Positions 57,823 to 64,000 of a stretch of DNA of 64,000 nucleotides are shown one piece after another. Source of the DNA: Macrostomum lignano (taxonomy: Eukaryota); assembly GCA_002269645.1 (NCBI GenBank), contig NIVC01001200.1, positions 124,001-188,000 of the forward strand, read 5' to 3'. Within the stretch, counting starts at the first letter, position 1, and every line of letters begins with the position of its first letter. The notes beneath the pieces are model-generated. The model was not told the DNA's origin, ran no database searches, and was given only the letters and a program-made list of their open reading frames with translations. The translations under genes were made by a program, and so were the position numbers.

Positions 57823-59454
57823 TCAAAGTCGCGTCTGCTCTCGGAACGCCGGGCCCAGGCCGGCCGCGGCCCGAGGGATTCGGTAGCCTCCGGCTGATGC
57901 GGAGCCCGCGGCCTCTGCAGCTGCCGCCTGCATTCGCCGCGTCCGCTGCTGTAGTTTTACAACCGTGCGCCGCTCCTCCGCCACCGACTCCTCCGCCGTT
58001 GTCTCCGTTGTCGTCACGAAGCGCCTTCGCCGACCGCTGATCACCTCGGCATCCTCCTCGTACTCGGCGTCGTCAGCATCGTCATTCGGGTTGCTGAAGA
58101 AGGCCGGGTTCCGCGTGTGCAGGCCATCGTGGCTGGCCCGAGCCACGTGCCGCCAGATGTCCGCCTCCTCGTCTCCGCTGACGTCGCCGCCGCCACGGCT
58201 GCCGCGCCGCCATCGGCTTGCTTTGGCGCGCCCCGGAGCGGGGCTAGCGCGGCCACCGTCCCGCGGCATCTCTGCGCCTGACAAATCGTACAGGCTGCCC
58301 GTGCGGCCCCTAAAGTCGAAGGCCTCGTCGGATGGCTCGCCCGGCTGCTGGAAGGTCGACTCGCGCACTGAAGAGCGTCGATGAACTCCGTCGCCGCCGT
58401 CGCGGCCGCCTCCGCTGCTGAAGGCGCGGCTGAGACTGCCGGTCATCCGATTCCAGCTGTCGGCGATGAAGCGCCGCTTGGATCCACCGCCACCGCCGCC
58501 GCCGCCGCTGCTCCTCTGCTGCTGCTGGCGGTACTGAGGCTGTCGGCGCTGCTGTTGCTGCTGCTGCTGGAACCGGCCATCGAAACCGGCCTGCTGAAGC
58601 CGCTCCGCTTCGGCTTCTTCTCCACTTCGCACATGCGGATCGTCCTCGTAGGCATAGATTGGCTCCCACTGCGACTGCGGAAATGCAGGCGATCAACTAT
58701 CATGACTCGAAACTAGCCTGCCTTGCATTCTAACGCTACTCAGATGCTTACCTGATACGGCCGCGGGGGCGATGTGAATCCATAGCGCTGCATCATGGCC
58801 ACAGGCGGAGGCTGAGAGAAGACCGGCTGCGGCGGCGGATGAGGCGGCTGCGCGGCTGGGTAGTGAATGTAGCCGCCCGCACCAGCGTGGTAGGGCGGAG
58901 GCGGCACCTGGGGCGGGTAGAGCGGCTGCTGCCCCGCATAGTAGACGTCGTAGTCGGAGGCCGCCCTCGGCATCCCCAGCATTGGCGGAGCGCGGAAAGG
59001 CTGCTGCTGGTAGCCGAAGCGGTAGGCTGCGGCGGCTGCCGCTGATTGCTCATCGAACTGACGCCGGGCCGCGGCGGCAGCGGCGGCAGCAGCAGCGGCC
59101 TCAGCGGCCTCGGACGCTTTGAAAAACTGCTGCTGCGACTGCTGCTGTTGTTGCTGCTGCTGCTGCTGCTGTTGAAGCTGAGCTTCAAGCAACACCTCGC
59201 GTCGAATCTCTTCAATGAGGCGCAGCCGATCCTCTTGGCTCAATCGCTGGCTTTCTGACGAGTTTGGCTTTGTCGCGGCCGCGGCATTTGCGGTTGCTGC
59301 AGCATCATTGGAGACCGTCTCTAGCAGCTCGCGCAAAATCTCCTGCTTCAGCTCCTCCTTCAAGGCGGTCGACGTCGGCTTGGGGCGCGTCTGGGGTGGC
59401 GGCACCGGCTGCTGGTGCTGTTGCTGCTGCTGCCGTTGTGGTTGTTGTTGTTGC

Positions 59455-59489
<35 letters not shown>

Positions 59490-60302
59490 TTGATGCTGCT
59501 GCTGCTGCTGCTGCTGCCTTAGAGTCTCTTTTAGAAGCGGAGGCGGCTGCTTCGGCGGCGCCTTCTGCGTCTGCGACTGTGGTTGAGGCGGTGGTGGCGG
59601 AGGTGGAGGTGGCGGTGGCGGAGGGGGTGGCGGAGCTGGCGATGCTGGAGCTGATGGAGCATCAATCGGCGAGGGCAGGTCCTCTTTGCTCGGGTCGAAG
59701 AATTTCGGCGAGGGCTCAGTCGAAAACTCGCCGACGGTGACAGGCCGGGCGCGCACCGGACGCGGCCTCTCCGGCTCCGAGTCGCCACCCTTGCCCTGCG
59801 CGAGCTGTCGCTCCCGGACCCGGGCGGCGGCCTCAGCCAGCTCCACCTTGAAGCTGGTCATGTCAAAGCGGCGCCTCGGGTCCATCAACAGCCGCTGGTC
59901 GATATCGGAGCTCGGCCGGCTGCTGGCGATATCCCGCGCCCGCGTCCGGATCGCCTCCTGCGTGCGCTCGTCCATTTTCGGCAGTCGCGGCTGCTGCTGA
60001 ATCTGCGGAGGCGGCGGGGCGGCGCGGTCCTTGCGACGTCGACTTGGACCGGCTCCTGTCGCCGCTGCTCCGCCGCTGCCGTCATCCGCGCCGCTGCCTC
60101 CGCCCCCGCCGTAGCCGCCGCGGATGGCGTCTTCGGTGGCGTCGCGGAAGCCGACGCTGCGCCGCTGCTGCTGCTGCTGCTCGCCGCCGCGGTGCCGGCT
60201 GGGGACCCCGGAGTCGGCAGATGCTGAGTGGCGCAGGATGGGTCGCGGAGGGGCGCGCACACCGCCGCCGTATCCCGAGTAGCTGCTCTGCTCGTTGCCC
60301 AT
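57823..60302 (-). CDS. Uncharacterised low-complexity (Q/P/A/G) protein, ~800 aa, with N-myristoylation motif and EPIYA motif
   Basis: Exon 1 60302-58752 (MGNEQS...RPYQ|gtaagc); 77-nt intron; exon 2 from 58674 (ccgcag|TCG CAG TGG GAG CCA ATC TAT GCC) in phase 0 joining ORF 57823..58632. Further 3' splicing cannot be excluded. Confidence 0.75.
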
Positions 60303-61074
60303 TGAGACCTGTCTGCGGCGGGCTGTGGGCTCGGGTCAGGGCGGAGGGCGGCGGCCTGCTGGCGCCTTATTTATGTACTGCGGAGGCGGGAGTGGAGGGC
60401 CAAGGGGGGGGGCGAGCAGGTTGGCAGAGCGGGGGGCCACAGACCGCAGCTGCACAGCAGAAAGCCGCAGTGCGCCCTCAAACTGGGCGGCAGCGCCCAG
60501 CTCTGCGTCCCCCATCGCTTGCCCCTCGGAGTCTATTGTTTGCCTGAACGAGCTTTGAAAGAAAGGCTCAACCCTTCGCCTCTCTTTTCTGTTCGGCAGC
60601 TTCTATTTCATTCATTGCGCCAGCACTTTTGAGATATTTTTCATTGCAATTTCTTTCAGCCTTCTCTCCATTTTATGTCTCTCTCTCCTTTCCTATTTTA
60701 GCTGAATGGGCCGCTGCACTTCTTTGCCCCATCAGCGCGGGTCTCTTCAACTTGTTTCGGTCGGTAATGTTTGCTGTCGCTCGTTCTCGCGTGGCACGTT
60801 GGTGCCGAATGCGCTGCTGGTTTGCAATAAACTTTTAAGGTTAAACCCACCGTGCACACGCTTCAGAGAAGAGGCAGAGTCCAGCCTTTTCTAGAATTTT
60901 CTCCAAACTAAAGGTAACCGTATTGTCCTTTGTCGGGATTCGGATCCCCGCGCTTCCAGCGATTCTGCAACTTCTCTGTCCCATAATCTTCCAAAATTTC
61001 CCAACCTGACATCTTAGGTTAATTAAAAAACCACCAGCACAAAGTTCTACAGAGATACACGACAGCACGCATTT

Positions 61075-62610
61075 GCCCACATTTGCACACAGTAGCCAAC
61101 AGTTGCGCACAGTTGCACACACAGTTGCACATAGCTGCACACACAGTATCACACAGTGCACACACAGTTGCACATAGCTGCACACACAGTATGCACACAG
61201 TTGCACACACAGTTGCACATAGCTGCACACACAGTTGCACACAGTTGCACACACAGTTACACATAGCTGCACACACAGTTGCACACAGTTGCACACACAG
61301 TTGCACAGTTGCACACAGTTGCACACAGTTGCACACACAGTTGCACAGTTGCACACAGTTGCACATAGCTGCACACACAGTTGCACACAGTTGCACATAG
61401 TTGCACACACAGTTGCACACAGTTGCACACACAGTTGCACACAGTTGCACACACAGTTGCACACAGTTGCACACACAGTTGCACACAGCTTGCACACACA
61501 GTTGCACACACAGTTGCACACGCAGTTGCACACAGTTGCACAACAGTGCACACAGTTGCACACACAGTATCACACAGTTGCACACACAGTTGCACACAGC
61601 TGCACACACAGTTGCACACACAGTTGCTCACACAGTTGCACACAGTTGCACACAGTTGCACACACAGTTGCACACAGCTGCACACAGTTGCACACACAGT
61701 TGCACACAGTTGCACACAGTTGCACACAGTTGCACACAGTTGCACACACAGTTGCACACAGTTGCACACACAGTTGCACACAGCTGCACACACAGTTGCA
61801 CACAGTTGCACACAGTTGCACACAGTTGCACACAGTTGCACACACAGTTGCACACAGTTGCACACACAGTTGCACACAGTTGCACACACAGTTGCACACA
61901 CAGTTGCACACACAGTTGCACACACAGTTGCACACACAGTTGCACACAGTTGCACACACAGTTGCACACAGTTGCACACAGTTGCACACACAGTTGCACA
62001 CACACAGTTGCACACAGTTGCACACAGTTGCACACAGTTGCACACACAGTTGCACATTGCACAAACAGCACACACAGTTGCACACACAGTTGCACACACA
62101 GTTGCACACAGTTGCACACACAGCTGCACACAGTTGCACACACAGTTGCACACACAGTTGCACACAGTTGCACACACAGTTGCACACACAGTTGCACACA
62201 GTTGCACACACAGTTGCACACACAGTTGCACACAGTTGCACAACAGCATCACACAGTTGCACACAGTTGCACACAGTTGCACACACAGTTGCACACAGTT
62301 GCACACACAGTTGCACACACAGTTGCAACACAGTTGCACACAACAGCACACAGTTGCACACACAGTTGCACACAGTTGCACACAGTTGCACACAGTTGCA
62401 CACACAGTTGCACACACAGTTGCACACACACAGTTGCACACACAGTTGCACACACAGCTGCACACAGTTGCACACACAGTTGCACACAGTTGCACACACA
62501 GTTGCACAACATTGCATACAATTGCACACAGTTGCATACAGTTGCACAGTTGCACACAGTTGCACACACAGTTGCACAGTTGCACACAGTTGCACACACA
62601 GTTGCACTGC
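61075..62610. repeat. 12/14-bp satellite (cacagttgcaca[ca])
   Basis: Tandem array; produces the CATV/HTVAH pseudo-ORFs in most frames. Confidence 0.98.
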
Positions 62611-63923
62611 ACAGTTCTTGTTGCACACTAAACAGTTACTCACTCTGATACATAAAAGTACCATTCGATTCAAAAGACTGTTGCAATCTATGTGCATGAC
62701 CCGCTGCCTTAGTTTAGTTCCAAATTCCACTTGCTGAACTTGCTCATTGACAATTTATTGCTAAGAATATATTTGACGCCCAGTTTCTAAAAATGAATAT
62801 TTGTCTTGTTTTACTGCGTAAGTACACGAGTCCACTTCATGGCCCATTGCAGATGGTTTGACAAGGCCATCTCTAGTGGCCCGCAGCTCTGCACTCGCTA
62901 CTCAAAAAGCCACTGGGTCCGAGCGGTTCTCTCTGTTTTGATAGCCCTGTTGACAAAATTCAACCTTCACTGTGGCGAAAAACACCTGTGGCACTGCGCG
63001 GAGGGGGGAGGGGCGGTGCAGGCAGAAGATGAAGTTGGCCTTTTCAAGGCACAAGTGGCATCTCGGGGCAGAGTCAGGCTTTGATGAAAATGCGAGGTGC
63101 AACTGAGCTGAGACTTGTTCGTAGATACGGGCGCATTCCTCATTATGAGTACTTGTTTAGCATGTGACCAGCTGTCTACTGCGCACGGAGTTTACTCTGC
63201 CAGGTGGAAGGCCAAAATCTCAGGGGTAAAAGAGATCACAAGAAGGCACACGTTCGCACACTCTGACTGTGATCGCAGGATCGCCACGAATCTGTTTTTG
63301 AACTGAAGAAGCAGTCGGTGTAGAAGTGATGCTTCTTTCACGAAGATTTCTCGTAACGAAATGGTGCTGCGGTCAGTGGGACTAAAGAAAATTTAGTATT
63401 GTTTTTTAAACTGGCATCAATGTTACTCGAAGACAAAAAACTATCTCGTGATACGAGCGTACTACTATTGAGTAATAGCAACAGTATTTTGCTGTAAAAT
63501 TTTTCATTTCAAATCTTTGGACGGATACTAAAATAACTAGATGGGCCACTCAGGCATGACTACTCGTACTCAGTAAAACAGCTTTCTACTTTCAGTTCAG
63601 TAGCAAGGAAGAATATTTGAGCAGATTTTGTAAAAGTAAACGCAGCTGAAATTACTTTGATAAGTTTAAAAGCCTAAGCTTGCAGGCGTAAACAATTTTG
63701 TTATTGGTTCAGCAGTAATGTACATTGGCTAATGTACATGGCAGCTTTTGGCTGGAATTCCGAGAAAGGCAATGAAATTGGGACAGGGCGGATGTATAGT
63801 GTGAATGGTGTGGAAAGGTGCGTTTGGAGGGTTTAAGCTGGGTGAAAGATTTAAAGTACATTAAAATGCTTCTGTAAAACTTACTACTGAACTGAACGTA
63901 GAATACATGTAAATGTGCTGAGT

Positions 63924-64000
63924 CAGGGGCGTCACCACCGGAGGGGGGACAGGGACAGGGGGCACATGCCCGCCCCAGTAAAAGTTATGGGGGATATGTC
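63924..64000. mobile_element. Possible left end of a hAT-derived MITE (cut by window edge)
   Basis: Starts caggggcgtcacc..gggggcacatgccc, a common MITE-end pattern; the other end is not in the window. Confidence 0.35.

Noticed and set aside
61019-62737. Many 200-500 aa Cys/His-rich ORFs
   Set aside because: They are translations of a 12/14-bp satellite in most frames on both strands; no unique coding context.

Overview
Eukaryotic (metazoan) genomic DNA with GC-rich exons, GT-AG introns and very dense intronic minisatellites. This style suggests a Macrostomum-like flatworm (inference, not verified). Genes I could assemble exon by exon with consistent splice phases: the 3' half of a discoidin-domain receptor (DDR) tyrosine kinase (+), a complete 10-exon GLG1/MG-160 (-), OSTC (+, head-to-head with GLG1), a neurocalcin/hippocalcin-like sensor (+), two tandem 4-exon genes for secreted PAN/apple-like + ALK/LTK-type glycine-rich-domain proteins (-), an acidic disordered ORF (-), and a 2-exon myristoylation-motif, Q/P-rich protein carrying an EPIYA motif (-). 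Mobile DNA: a 5'-truncated LOA/R1-type LINE, an RT-less LINE remnant, a Penelope GIY-YIG remnant, tRNA-derived SINEs, hAT and Harbinger MITEs, and an internally deleted P element (30-bp TIRs, 8-bp TSD). About 200 bp upstream of the P element is a 33-bp remnant of the same TIRs with its own 8-bp TSD, an apparent excision footprint. Coordinates were read by hand; repeat and remnant boundaries are approximate.
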